NCBI RefSeq assembly: GCF_964194025.1
Contig: NC_134473.1
Span: 59,210,001-59,274,000, forward strand
Origin: Convolutriloba macropyga
Lineage: Eukaryota
Length of the DNA stretch: 64,000 bases
Direction of reading: 5' to 3'
Numbering within the stretch: position 1 is the stretch's first letter; each line of letters opens with the position of its first letter. Shown one piece after another: positions 26,573 through 40,695 of the stretch. Both the position numbers and the translations under genes were made by a program. Under the pieces are notes generated by a model. It saw only the letters and a program-made list of their open reading frames with translations. It did no database searches and was not told the DNA's origin.

Positions 26573-26868
26573 GAGTTGGATTCGGGATAATAAATACAGC
26601 AATTGGGGTGCATTATCGGGAGTGGAGAAACCGACCTATAGTGTTCACACCTCAAGCAAGTACAGCCAATCAGCATGTCATCACAAAGACTATAGAAGAG
26701 AACCCCAATTTATATTCTGTTGGACATTATGGTGAGCCATTTCGGTACGAGGAACATGACGACAACACTTGTCAGATTATGATTATTCAAGCTAAAATGA
26801 ACACCCGTTCTAACTTTAGAGGTGATCACGATTTAAACAGGGCTTCAAACTTTACAGTATTGAACTAA
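26573..26868 (+). CDS. GNAT paralog B, last exon (full protein 248 aa)
   Basis: (G)VGFGIINTAIGVHYREWRNRPIVFTP...YGEPFRYEEHDD...; acceptor aattag|GA; TAA stop; AATAAA at 26974-26979. Confidence 0.85.
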
Positions 26869-29409
26869 TTTTATACCGATGTGCTTTAGATAGTTCTTAG
26901 ATTTATAGTTTTTAGATGTTTACTGTTTTTTAAACATTTACTTTTTTATTTGTAAATTTTCTTTAGAAATTCCAATAAAACTCTTGTAAAAATTCTTTTA
27001 GTTAGTGTAGTAAATGCAATCAGCAATAAACCAAAAATACGTTATAAACCTGGTAACGACAAAATGATTTTTGGACATTAAAAAATCAAATCTGCTGTCA
27101 CTTGGAATCTAACTTTCAGATAGATAAAGAAGCGAAGTGAAAGAAATAAGCTTGGTGAAATACCGCATTAGTCTTATTCCACACAACTGAAAGTTGAATG
27201 AAATAGAGCTTTTGTGTGTCGCATATTATTCTGAAGAATCAGAAAAGTATGCCAGAGTTTTGTTGTGTAACAATAACTGGGCTCAGAAAAAGAAGGAAAA
27301 CGACGGAGGCACTAGGTAGAGCAGAATATCGGATATAGCAACTGAAGTCAGGTTGGCTTCGATTGATCTAAGAAACTATTAATTCAAAACCATGTCAGCA
27401 TAAATATTCTTTGTAATCAGAATTGATAACTCTGAAAACAATTAGAATTTCTCACTAGTTGAAAAGTACAATTTCGCTTTGGTTTTCCACAAATGACTTA
27501 TATCGAACAAAGAAAATCTTACCCTTTTTAATCGCTTTATGTCTGTTTAAACTAGTTCTCTAAAAACTGACTGTTGATTTGGGATTATGTTTTTATTTTA
27601 AATGATCAACATCAAACCTCTTTCCGTTCTCTAAGACCCCTTTGAGACTTAACTGACTTTAGATCTGTAAAATTTGAGTATCAATTGGTCGCTTATAGAA
27701 TAAAATAAACTCATGTACGCATGGTATTAATTGGAAATTCGAAAGACTTTCAGAACATACTGTGTACGCCTAAAACATAACGCTTAAATCTGCTACGATA
27801 GGAGCTGAACTATTAATACAATTTAAGAACGAACTACAAACGGCTTCAAGTTATCGTTGAATGTGCTATTCCATGTTCTCCTAAACTGACCACTGATTTA
27901 CAATCAGATTGTCAATTGAATTAGTTGGCGAAAGACAGATGTCTGATTATCAGACTTGGGATTTCCAAACCAACAAATTAATTGCTACGTCGTCTCTATG
28001 GCTCTGGCCCCAGTGAGTAACGAGAACCTCTGTTGCGAACCATGATTCAAGTTCGTTCATGGTAAAAGACGAATTCTTCTCTGTGAATTGGGATCTAGTC
28101 TGACCCGCAACATTCAAACTTTGATGCATTTAAACATTTTTGAGTAAAGGGTTTTTACTTCTGGCTGTCTAGTCAAATTGCGCTCGCCCATAACTGGTAA
28201 TTCTCATAGTGTTTATTGAGTGATCCTGTTTCTGCTATTTTTTTCCTCCTTTATATAATTAATTGTATCCACCAGGCAAATCAAATAAAATTGTAAATTT
28301 CAGCACAAACAATTCCGAAAATTAATTTTTTTAATAGACTTATATTTCCATTCTAAGTTCCATTTCTTAACTTGGACTATATTTCCCACCGTTGCCATAA
28401 TAAACACGTGTTTATCTTTATTAGAACACGTGTTATATTTTCTTGTAATTTCCAAACGCTGACCTCTAAAATATAAATTGCTCACAATTTTTTGTTTCGC
28501 TAAAAACACAGTACGCTTGAGCCAGTTCGTCTAATTTCGATAATCAATCCGAAATTCAGCCACTAAAAAATCTAACAGAGCTCACAAACTGGATGAAAAA
28601 AAACACAATAAATGAATTTTTTGACCACAACCAGCCAAGAAATAGACAAAATCCTACACCATTCTGAACCAATTGTAAAAGATCAGGGCACACTATTGCT
28701 TACTGTTTTGAAAAACAGACAAGAAAAATAAATCAGACAACCTGCCAGTTATCGGGACAAATTTACTATTCACTATTATCAATCATTCTGTTCCACGTAT
28801 AGAGTTTGAGACCACCTTACAAATTTCAACGGCAGCGTCATAAAGTACAGTCATCCCTCAATGGTTAAAAGATGGCATTTTTGTCTTTCCTACTCTTTTC
28901 TTTCAATTAACTCAACTTTGAGACTCAGATCTTTTTTTGTTAAATTTAAGTTTAGGTGAATTTGAAACGTGGAAAAGTAACCAAATAAGACACATATTTG
29001 AGCTTAAACATAAAGCTTTTCCGGAACCGAGGAATTAAGTCAAACGGTTTTAAATTATGATTAGGTATCTGAAAGATTAACTTAATTCAATATTTAGGGA
29101 GGCTCACTATTTATTTAGGGTCCTGATTCATTAATAGTCATTAGTTTCAAAAAAGCAAAACAAAACAAATCAGGAACAAAAAACTTTATACTTTTGTAGT
29201 CATTTGTTATTAATTTGTTAGTCAAATTTTAAAAACGAGACGTTCTCTCAATTAAATTTTTTGATGCTGTAATTAATCAAATCGCAAACTGTTCACATTA
29301 GTCGGAACAAAAGCAAATATGTTTTTTTTGATAGAATGATCGATAAGTCGAATTTTTCAGTTTACCCCAAATTTTTGTTGAGCTGCATACGAACAAGCTG
29401 AATCAAACG

Positions 29410-30490
29410 AGGAACAGCTGTAACGCGATTAATAGAAATAAAAAAGAATAAAATTTAAATGAAAATTGACAAAAATGGAAAAAACAAGGAAATTGTTTTT
29501 GTCAAAAATTTGCAAGTTGGGCTTTAAAAGCAATTTTTCGAAAACAAACTTGAGCTCAGACTGATAAAACTGGCAAATTCAAAGTACAAGACTAGTGGAA
29601 AAAAAATTCTGTGACAAACAAACGTTCGTAGATTCCTCTGTAAGTTGTTTTCCTTGCATTTTCAACTAATATCTAAATTTTCCGCTGTGTAGTTTATCAG
29701 AGCTCATTGAAATAAATATGTCACAACTGATCGAAACACACATAAAATGTTTTTTGAAAATGAAAACGTCTTGGAAAGAATGTGTAAGAATCTCGAACAA
29801 AAAATGTTTGTTAATTTTTGCAAAACAATTAGTTAAGTTTTTTTTAGCTAACTGTCAGGTTGAAAAAACTGAAGTTGAGAAAAATCTATAATTTCAAATT
29901 TTCGGAATTTCTTAAATATTTTTTGCACAGAAAATTGATGCAGAACGTTGTAAAACGAGGTAAAACTGTAACGCGATTAAGAAAAAAAGAAAACAAAGAA
30001 AAATTAAATGAAAATACAAAAAATTGGAAAAAATATGGAAATTCTATCGTCAAAAATTGGCAATCTTGGCTTTAAATCAACTCTTTGAAAAACAAAATAA
30101 GAGATTAGAATGAAAAAAATGGCAAATTAAAAACACAAGACCATTCGAAAAAAATGCCGTGACAAAATAAAAAAATAGAATAATGTTCCTCGATTCCTCT
30201 GTAAGTTGTTTTCCTCGTATTTACAACTAAAATCTAAATTCTACGCTGTGTGATTCATCAGAACTTAGTGAAAGAAATAAGTCACAAATAATCGAAACAC
30301 GTAAAAATTGTTTTTTGAAAACGAAAACGTCTCGGAAAGAAGAGGTAAGAATCTCGAACAAAAAATGCATGTTCATTCTTGCGAAAACACATAGTTAAAT
30401 TTTTTAGATAACTGATAGATTGAGAAAACTGAAGTTTAATAAAATCTATAGTTTCAGAATTTCTGAATTTCTTAAACTTTTTTTGCACAA
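29410..30490. repeat. Local tandem duplication of ~550 bp
   Basis: ctgtaacgcgattaa at ~29418 and ~29967; gattcctctgtaagttgttttcc at ~29631 and ~30192. Confidence 0.75.
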
Positions 30491-33400
30491 AAAATCGTCG
30501 CGGATTCTTGTCAAAAGAAGTCTTAATCTGAACCAACTTTATCTTTTTCGAATATTTTTGAATAATTTTGTTGATCGTATCAGCTAAACAAGAAGTTAGG
30601 TCGCCTTGAAATAACTATATAAATACATAATTCAAAGACTTTTGGGTCACAGGACTGGAACAATCAACTAATTTTTAAAACTTTCTGATTTGAATTTTAA
30701 TATCAACGTTTCATCGTTTATTATGCGCAACTATTATATTTCTTAAATTCGGTGGTATTGTTTTATTTGAGGCTTTTTCTTACTTCAGAAAAATTTTACG
30801 AAAATGATTTCGTGTTTTGAATTGGACCGTGGTTGACAGACCTGAAGTCATTGTAAAACTGCAACAAAATTACTGCTGATTACATTCAAAATTGAATTTT
30901 TTTACTAGCGTATATTATTAATTAAGCAATTACCCGAATTTTTTCATATTTAATTAATATTTTGAGCGCTTGATGTAATGATAAGTGTTGAATTGATACA
31001 AAAATTAGTTTTACAACCAAAATATTTCATGGACAATTCGTTTCAAATTCCTTTAAATTATGTTCTCATGGGTTGTATATATCTTTTCTAATTAAAAACA
31101 ACAGAGCAGCTGAAAAAGCAAGCCTTTTATTTGAAAGCCTCAAAAATAGTTTTTTGCTGAGGAAAAATGCTCTGATAAATTGCTCTGGCAAATAAATGTT
31201 CTTCATATGCAGTCGTTTTTTGTTCAAAATTTATATGACATTCCCATACGGGTGCTGGTTTTTGGAAAAAGAAGATGACAGCATAAACGATCTCAAATAC
31301 TCTTCTAATGAAGGGAACAATATTTTCAAGTCACACTTTGTGCGGATTTTGTTCCTGTAAATAATTTTACCATGATAAAGAAACCAAAATCTAACAAAAG
31401 TTTTATATTTAAAGTATTTTGCGAAGGTAGGTTGTTTGCAAAATTACATTGCTTTTTTGCGTTCCATAGCTTTTTCCCCCAATCATGATTGTGGGTTAAA
31501 TTTCTTGAGGTTAAAGTTCTAAACTTGCATTTAATGATTAGCGAATTTTAAAAAAAACTTGAGGACATGTGAAAAAAATTTAGATATTCTCCAAATCAAA
31601 ACAATGTTCGTTTCAAAGTCGACTATTTCTTCATAATTTTGTTCTTAGTTTTACAAAATGTTGAATGATCTTTTATTTAAAAAAATTGATTTATTTTTTC
31701 TATTTTGCTAACGGTTGAACAATGCTTAGTAAGGGCGAATGGGCACAGAGCCGAATGCGAAAAGAGGATCAGTACAGAATCTTTTAATTTGATTTGATGA
31801 TCAATCTAGTTTGCTCATTGTGATGAATAGACCTGAACTACACTTATATATGGGTTGTAAAGCCAGCATATTATGGGCAAAATACTAATTAAGATAATTA
31901 AGAATTGCTTTTTTTAAAATAAACTAAGAAAGTTTTTTTCAGAGCTATAGAGACCAATTTGGGTTAAATTTTAACCAAAATACATGCGCAAAATACGGTG
32001 CCAGTTCTTGACAGTAATTGCTTACACATACCCCTTTGGGCAACAGTAGCTGTCGTTGTCTGGTGCCTCCTCATTGTTTCGACCACCTCTGTCAATTTTG
32101 GCCTACTAATACATTTGACCCTGAAAGACAAGATTGATATCACAAGACATCCTGTCGATGTCGCACCTAAATTATGGGAAGAAAAAAAGTTTTTTGGAAA
32201 TCGTATTTTTCTAGAAGACAAGGATGTTTTTAATTTTTGTGAACATTCGCCGGATTTTTAATAATGTTTCCCATGCTTTTCTTAAATTTTTTTTTTAAAA
32301 AATTGCAAAAAAGTATGAGGCAATTGTTGAGAATGATGTCAATGGGTTTACTTTTCCAGATAAAAGAGGTTTGCTGAATTGTATCGTCCAACTTTTTAGC
32401 TAAATTCTTTGCCGAAATTTTGGAAAATCAGAATTTTTTCTTGAAAAAGGGGGCCCAATCATTTCTTCTTGCGCAATTTGCTGACAGACCTTGAAGCTAT
32501 GAATCATCTTTGTTTAAACTCAAATGAAGGCTATTTTAGTTTCCATTTCCCGACAGAGTGTTCTTGAATAAAAATTCCGCTGATCTTTTTGCTAACTGAA
32601 TGAATATTTACCCACACATATTCTTCAACTTTTGATATTCTTCAATTTATTGCACAAAAACTGTTTTTGAATTCTTGTACACCAATTTTTATTTTAGATG
32701 CTGGTCAGGCCTGAGATTTTCAAGTTTTGTTCTTGAGTTGCATTTCAGGATTGGCCCTACTTTGCCTTCTTCAGATCTAAAATATCTATTTTACTTTTTT
32801 TACGTCGCTTAGAAACCAAAATAGAAAAGTGATTTTAGTCAAGCTGGAATGTTAAAATTAGTCAAAATTATTCATAAGTAAATAGTTTTTTTGTTTATAC
32901 AAAAAACGAGAAGCGAGAAATTGGTGCTTGAAAATTTTTTTTAAACGAACTTTTATACGTGCGGCAATCTGACTTCCGTTTACGCAAATTTCTCCTATTT
33001 TTTTTTCTACGGCATCTGACCCATTAGCTGTAGTGGTGCTTAAATGTTTTTTTCCGAAACAATAGACTGACAGCTAATGACTTAGCCCGACTTGTACACT
33101 AGTTTGTAATAACATTTTTTGCAAATTTTTCAAGCTCTGCGTGCAATTAATGTTCTTTGTGTTTTCCTAAATCCAAATCTTATTCTTTGTGTTTGAGCCT
33201 CTTTATTGTTTTTTTTACCCTTCTATTACTCTCAAATTTAAATTTGCAGTGTACAGGTTGCAATTCAATTGACTGCACATTTGTTTTTGGATTGCATTTC
33301 GGGATCTGCTTTGAGATGATATTAATCTCGCCGGAGTCGTTAAAAGAGTAATAATCAACATGTTTTGAATCTTGAAACTTTTGTATTCGCTAACGAGGAA

Positions 33401-34084
33401 TTCAGACTTCTGTTTTCACTGTTTCTCCTCATCGTAAAAGCTATTAATGGTTATGCAGGCGTTTTATGTTTCAATAGTTAATTATCTTTTCAGCCCTGAC
33501 GATTTGTGAAATATTAATATTTTCATTTTACCCATTTTTGATGTTCTTGTTTGTATCATCAATAACGGATTTTATTTGCTTTTTTTCATTAATAAATGAT
33601 GCTTTGATTGTTTTTCATTCAGAGCTAGTTTAAACGCTTAGTCAACTGTTGTTGTTTCTGAACAGTTGAAGTTGGAGTGTTTCTTTAATTATTCATTTTA
33701 GATAAGATTGATGTCAAGGTGTACCTTAAATACAAAAATGTTGCGTTTTATAACGTAATGAAATAAGTCTAGCTTGATGATATCTTTACATGTGGTGTTT
33801 TAATGACTTAGTGTCAAATTTTTAAAATATTGTTTTTTCTTTTCTGATGATAGTGTGTTATTTCTAGCACTCTGTTAAAAAAATGTCCTGCTCTATTCAT
33901 TGATTCTTGAAGGTTTTTGTATCAACATTTGGCGTCACCTTCTCTTCATAGGAGCTTTTGTCCATCAGTACATGCAATTTCTACTGCGCTGCCTTTGACG
34001 TCATCCTGCGCTGGACAGTGTGTGGGCAGTTTTTTGATCAGACGTGATTTAACACTATTTCAATTGTATTTTTTCTCAAAATCA

Positions 34085-35058
34085 CCCAGGCCTAGGCCTC
34101 GACCTATGAAAAGACTTTGAAAGTCTAGTAGGGGGGGGGGCTAATATTGACTATAATTACACGGTCGAGCTTCATAGTTAAAGTCGAGCTAATGTATTTT
34201 CATGGGTAGAGCTTAAGTCTTATCATAACGAAGAAAGTTCAGCTAAGATCTTTTCATGGGTCCACCCTTAGTCATTTCATAACCAACAAAGTCGAGTAAA
34301 GGTCTTTTCATGGGTCAACCATTAGTTTTCTCTTAGTTTTTTTTAAATCCGAAATTTTTAATTTTTTCCGCTTCTGTACATACAGAAGCACAACCGGAGC
34401 AAGACTAAATAGCTTTGCAGTCCAGAGCAGTCCAACTTAAGTAACAGCTGGAAAACTGCCTAAAAGCTTTAAGATCTTCGTCAAATCTTAAGATATCTAA
34501 GTTATAGCAGCTCGAGTATATTACCACATTACTTGATTCAATGAAGCCAGCTAGCTTAAGTGTATTGGTCCTAGTCCCATTAGCCATGACAAAATTTCGG
34601 CGTTATTTAGTTTGTTTCCCCTCCAAAATTATAAACTATGTTTTTTTTATAAAAATAATGCAGATTTTGAGGGATTAGTAGTTCTTTTGAATCGTAAAAA
34701 ATGAAGGAGCATACACGCTGACTACGTTATATGCAATATTGCACGGACAATTTTAATGGCAAAAAAACAGACTTAAGAAAAGACTAATGATGGACCCATT
34801 AAAAGATTTTAACTCGACTTTGTTTGCAAACATTGTGTCGAGCTTAAGTCCAGCCCAAATATTGAGTCGAGCTAAAGTCTTTTGTAATATTTTGTGTCCA
34901 GCTAAAATCTTGTGCGAAAAATCTGAGTCGAGTTAAAGTCCAGAAAGTCCTAGAGTCCAGCTAAAATCTTTTCATAGCTCAAATAAGTCGAGTATGGTCT
35001 TTTCATAGTACATTTGGGTCAAGCATTGTCTTTTCATAAATCTGTACCTAGACCTGGG
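34085..35058 (-). mobile_element. Second, inverted copy of the CCC...GGG element at 15208-16130
   Basis: TIR cccaggcctag / ctagacctggg; CA dinucleotide on both sides (candidate 2-bp TSD); collinear reverse-complement homology. Confidence 0.85.
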
Positions 35059-38000
35059 CACTTTAACAAGGCAGAAACGAAAAGAGGACTTCAGCTCAAA
35101 TCAAAAGGATATATCTTTTTGTATTTGTTTATTTTCACTGGCTGCATTTTCTTCTGTGGAATTTGGAGACTACAGGTCTAGAGATTGAAGGCTTTTTCTG
35201 GCAAACTATCAAACATTTTTGAACAGAAAAAAGGACAGAAATTGAAATCTATATCTGGTTAATTTTTCCAATTTTAACACCCTTGGTATAAACATATGTC
35301 AATATAGAAAACCAATAGGTTTTAACTTTATAAATATGAAATAATATTTAATACCTTGCACGTTTTCTATCCGTCATTTGGTTCACAATTAAGATAAATA
35401 GATGAGAAATGTCGAAAAATTGCTGAGCTACCTCGTCTATATAATGTTGAGCTGAACCTAATTTATATTAAATTCACCCGTAACTTGCTCTGTAAAACTT
35501 GGTCGCGCTTTGAAAGTTCATTATAAGTGCAAGTTGAACAAAATAAATAATCGAATAACTCTAATGTTTTAGGTTAAAAGAAAGATTTTATTTAAGATGG
35601 CATGTTTTTTGTGCACTAATTATATTAAATGTTCAAAGATTGCACTCCAAAATTCTCATCTGAAATCACACAATTTTTGTGGGATGAATAATTACACATT
35701 TTTTGTAAATGCTTTTATTAGGAAAATGACTGCTTTAAACCGGAACTTTGATCTGCATTTTCTCTTTTTAAATTGTTCTGAAACAAGATCATGAAATCAA
35801 TTAGAGTTATGCAACCCTTATGATGGCTTAACGTGGTCTAGGAACCCATAGAATTTCACTCTGGAGTTGAAAATGGCAATTAATTAAATTCACCAAAGAA
35901 AGAGCACAAAACCCAAAACTTTGTTTTGTCACACATGAGTTAAAATTTATGGACAGGAAAATCAAACTTTTGCGATCAATTTCTTTGACTTGCATGCATT
36001 CCAAAAACCTGAATAACAACTTTTCAATAATTCAGCAGTTTCAGAAATCAGCCCGATGCGCGACAGAATAGAAAATTGTCCCTTTTTTTGATCTCTTGAT
36101 TTCAAAGATGAGACCATCTGAAAATTTTTGTGTCAACACACGATTTTTGGAGAGAAAGTGACACACAATAAGTTTGGCTATTATAAATTTTTATGTAATT
36201 TTGCATCAATTTTTCCAGTCAGGTATTGTTCGATAAAAATTTTCACGTAAGAAAACGCAAAAAATTTAGTTTGTTTGCGTTTTTCACATAAAGCTTTTTG
36301 TGATGATTTGTGCTATTTCACATGAAAAAATACAGGAAAGTAAATTTAAATCACATGAAAACCATAATGCCAACCTGTGAAACTGATGTAAAATTGCATA
36401 AAAAATTTTGTTGTTGCCAGATTTATCATGAGATCTCACGCAAACAAGTTTGAGAGTGGTACATTTCACATGTGCTGTGCTGACTCATTTTGATGTAAAG
36501 ACAATGGTTAGGGACTTTTGAGTACTTTATAGCGCCAAGTGAGTTTTGAAACACAATTTTAAATGTTTTTATTGGTATTTGCTTGATATCCACAAAACTT
36601 AAGTTCAAGACTTTGCTTAATAGCTACAAAAAACGTGTTTTTCTAATCGAGTTTTTGCCTTATATCCTATTCCCAATTATACATATCTTCTTGAATTTAA
36701 TTTTAAAGTGGGGTGGCAAAATTTGACAACACTGGTTCCTTGTGTGACCCAAGCTAAACGACAGCTTGGTGCTGGTGATCGTCGCTGAAGCAACTTGAGT
36801 TTAACAAACTTGAAAGTGACTTTGAAAGTGAAGTTCGAACAAAAATCTGTTGAAATTTTTTATAATAATGTTTACAACTCACATTTTTGCGAGAAAGTTC
36901 AACTTTTTCGTTTTACAGACATTAAGTTTAAATCTTCGGGTTTATCACTCTTTCACCTAGCATCCCCTATGGATTAGTTTGATCTATAAGGGCATCCAGT
37001 AGAACTATACATGAAAAATTGTGATTGAAAGTTTTTAATGTAACTTTCACTAGCTATGGGCGATAAGTGTAACACAATCTTGCAGATTTTTTCAGCACAG
37101 CACGATTTATAAAGAATAAAGTCCGTCCGTGCGGTGGTTATCCTGAACATGTAAAGGGACCCTGGCCATCGAAACAGCTACCACGTACTTCTATTACATA
37201 ACCAGTATTACTAATATAGTAACACTTGTGGAACCGATATTTTCTGTAAGAATCATATCTTCTGAAAAGTTGTAGTGATAGATGAAAAATTTGAAAATAC
37301 TTATAATTTGGTAAAACTTTTGGCTATCTTATCTGAACGATTTCACACTGAATGCCATTGAACGAAAGTTTGAAATTAAGAAAAGGTAGGAAAATCCATT
37401 AATGCAAGTGTGCAACGCTTGCGGGTAGAGAAGAATCCAGGTTAAAATGTACTAGCCAAAGACTTAAGCTTTGACTTTCTTTTTGTTAATATTTGGTCAT
37501 TTGCTTCATTGTCACTTGAGATAGTCAATTGTTGCTAGTTCCAAAAAGGCGTCTATTGCGGAAAATGAACGAGAACTATATTTGACTTGAGTAAATGAGT
37601 AATTTGCATTTTTATGTAACTTTAAATTGATTTCGAAAAGTAGAACCACAAATATTCCTTGCATGTGACTGACTTTGAATTCTTTTTGTTTGATATTTTT
37701 ATATATCATCCCATCGAAAGAGTTTTTGAATTGAACAAGAAATTTTGATGAAACTGCGTAACAAATTAAGACTTCTTTCAATATTGAAGTGGAGAGTTAA
37801 GAACCGAAAAATAGACACCAACTTAAAGCACTTACGATATTTTTAATTAGTTTTTAAGATACTCAAACTGCAAAAATATCTGTAACAACACAAGATTCTT
37901 GTGAGCAATTTACAACTTTTGCTGTTTTCTAGTTCTTTGCTTGGTAGCTAAGAGTTTGTTGGTCGTTCCTGAAAAAGTTCAATGCATTCGATTATGCCAG

Positions 38001-38440
38001 AAGCCAAACTCTTTGAAGTAGCATTTTGTGGATATTCTATAAACGCCAAAAACACGTTGTTTAAGAATTTGGTGTACTTATTCTGCGTTGATTGTCATCA
38101 TTCAGCTGGTTAATACTATTACTCATTATGCTAAAACCAAAATTCGCACAAGAAAATTGAGCGATGTAAGTAGAACTTAATAATAATTAGAACAAAAACT
38201 TATTTTCTGATTGCTGCAGTCAAGAATTCTTGAGTTTAAAATTGGGCGACTCACAACATCTAAAAATATATCAAAAAAGTGCTTCAATTTGGCATCCAAT
38301 ACAGCGGTTGTTGAATTTTTTAACTATAAAACCCTCGAACCAAGTGGTTGATTCAATTTTATTTCATTTTAAGCCAATTTTCAGTTACCCAGGTTGCATA
38401 CAGCTGTTTTCTCATTAATTTCGTCATTTAAGACAAGAGA

Positions 38441-38645
38441 ATGAGAGCAGCTGCTAGACACCAATTGCTTACTCGTTTTTCATCTCTGAAGAATGTACTC
38501 TATGTGGTAACAAATGCCAGTCACACTCCAGATGTGGTGTCAATAACTGGCAGTATCCTCTACGATGTCTTTATCAAAGAACTGGGCTGGAAATTTGGCA
38601 AGGATAACCCTTCAAAACTCAGAGTTGAACGCTGCTCAAAAACAG
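38441..38645 (+). CDS. GNAT (LuxI/FeeM-like) acyltransferase paralog C, coding exon 1
   Basis: MRAAARHQLLTRFSSLKN...ILYDVFIKELGWKFGKDNPSKLRVERCSKT; 205 nt as in B; same donor. Confidence 0.85.
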
Positions 38646-40536
38646 GTGGATGATAGGGCACTATTTTGGAACATTATTTTCCTTTTTGAAGAGGAAACAT
38701 GAAAGTTCATGTTCAACCGGGTTCTATTTCTTTTTTACGCCGATTTATTTTACCCCCGCAAACTTTTCAGTCCAAAACCAATTCCCAATATCTTACGTAT
38801 CTCCTGTTTTCGGTGTAAATACCTAAATGCTGTACACAATTCCCAATCTTTTAAGTTAATCGTACCAATTATTTAAAGCATTATGGTTGGAGTGAATCAA
38901 TCGGTGGTAAATAATAGGGTGTCAAATAAATAGGGGCAAAAAACGGTCAACCTCATAACCAATAAGTTCAGTATTAGGAATATTAACAACAATCAGTATT
39001 TACGAATTGCCTGTTAAAAAATGAAACAAGGGCGGCTGTTCGATTTTGCGCTTATATATAAAGTGATACGAAATGCTCTTAATTTTTCATGTTGGTTGGT
39101 AAGGAGGTCGTTTAAACTCTTCTTGAAACACTTCTCGTGGGTCTTTTCAATCTGGCACAGGATTCGGTTTTGGATCTTCTTAGTCTGGCCAAGGGTACAG
39201 TCAAAGTTTGCTGTCTGGCTTATACATAAATTTTATTAGGTGCGAGCTGCACCCCCTTTTGCGCGAAGCAAGTCCGGCTGTTCCAAACCTCTCTTTTGGG
39301 TCGAGGATCACATCTTTTAGATGTTAAAAATTCTACTGCTAAATATATTTAAACATCACAAATTTACGTTCCGAGACATTAACAGCTGTTTAATTTACAA
39401 TTGCCAATCTGTTGTTTACTTGATTGGCCTAGCTTAGAAAATTTCAAAAAAGGAAAAAAAATGGAAGTAGGTTGTGAGTATAGGATTCTTTCACACCGGT
39501 TCTGAGAATTTTGCACCAAAAAAGCGGAAACAAAAAAGTACCCACCACGAATCCAGAATTTGAGACTCAAAAATGGGTCACTGAAATTTCAAAGTCATGG
39601 AGTAGTTCAAGCCTGTCGAACTTTTCGAAAATGTCTCAAATTTTTCTCGACAAAATATCAACGACCCGCAAAAACTTCACAAGAAAACTGTAATTACACT
39701 TTGTTTAGGCTTTGATTTTTTAAAAATTAATTTCTTAAAGGGGAGGCCGTACATTATTTAACTATGAGAGCAACAATAAACAGATTTTCAGAAAAAACAA
39801 AATTAATAATAAATTGCTTTCAATTAGGCCATGAGCATTACCATAATTAACCAAGCTACAACAAAGCACAACCCACTTGCTAAGTCATCGAAAGGTCCTT
39901 ACGGTCCTAGTAGAATGATGCCAAGAAGAAGCACTAAGGTTTATGGGAGATTTTGTTCGTGAGAAGAAAAAAATCAGGGTAGATAAAAAAAGAGAGTGGA
40001 GACATCTTCTTTATTGACAAAATAGTTATCGTAGTTATTACTAAAATTATTATGGAAAATTTTTTCTTGGTTTTGCTTAAGTTTTTGCTCTTTTTTAAAG
40101 AAATCAGGTTAAAGTTTTAGTATGAAGTTTAGTAGTTTTCGAATGCTCTTTAGGCTGAGAACGCTCACAGTGTTAGTTAATTTTAGTGGTCGCGCTTTTG
40201 TTCTTGTTGACTGAACAGTTTCTGTCTCTTTTTTTTTGTTGTAAGGTCATCAAGAGAACTGATTTCAAAGTTTTTCTCTTAGTATTTCAATTAGTTTTTT
40301 GATTAGTAGATTTTTGACAAAAAAAGTACAACACAGAACTGTCAAACCAAGTTAATAATAAGCATCTCATCTGATATATAGAGCAAATACTTGACCCTTT
40401 TGTTCAAACAAAAGGAAACAAGACGTCTGGCATGGTTCTTTGAGTGCCACAAATCGTTGCAACAATCGTATTTGAAAGCATTATAACAACATATCGGAAT
40501 GGAATTCGAAACGTTTATATTAGAAATGGGTTTTTG

Positions 40537-40695
40537 GGATCTCCTCCGTTTATCCACCCAGCTTAGTGGGTGCATATTATTTGCACCCCCACAAACGCAG
40601 GTGCCGTAAATTTACATAATGATTTACTAAGTACTGGCATGTGCTCTGTATCAGTCGAGCGCATAACGTACTGGGGGTACAAAAGGGAAAGATCT
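40537..40695. mobile_element. GGATC-ended MITE (family with cccagcttagtgggtgcatatta core)
   Basis: ggatctcctccgttt...gggaaagatct ends; core shared with the copies at 55877, 57807, 59947 and 60194; a fragment also at ~41680-41810. Confidence 0.75.
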
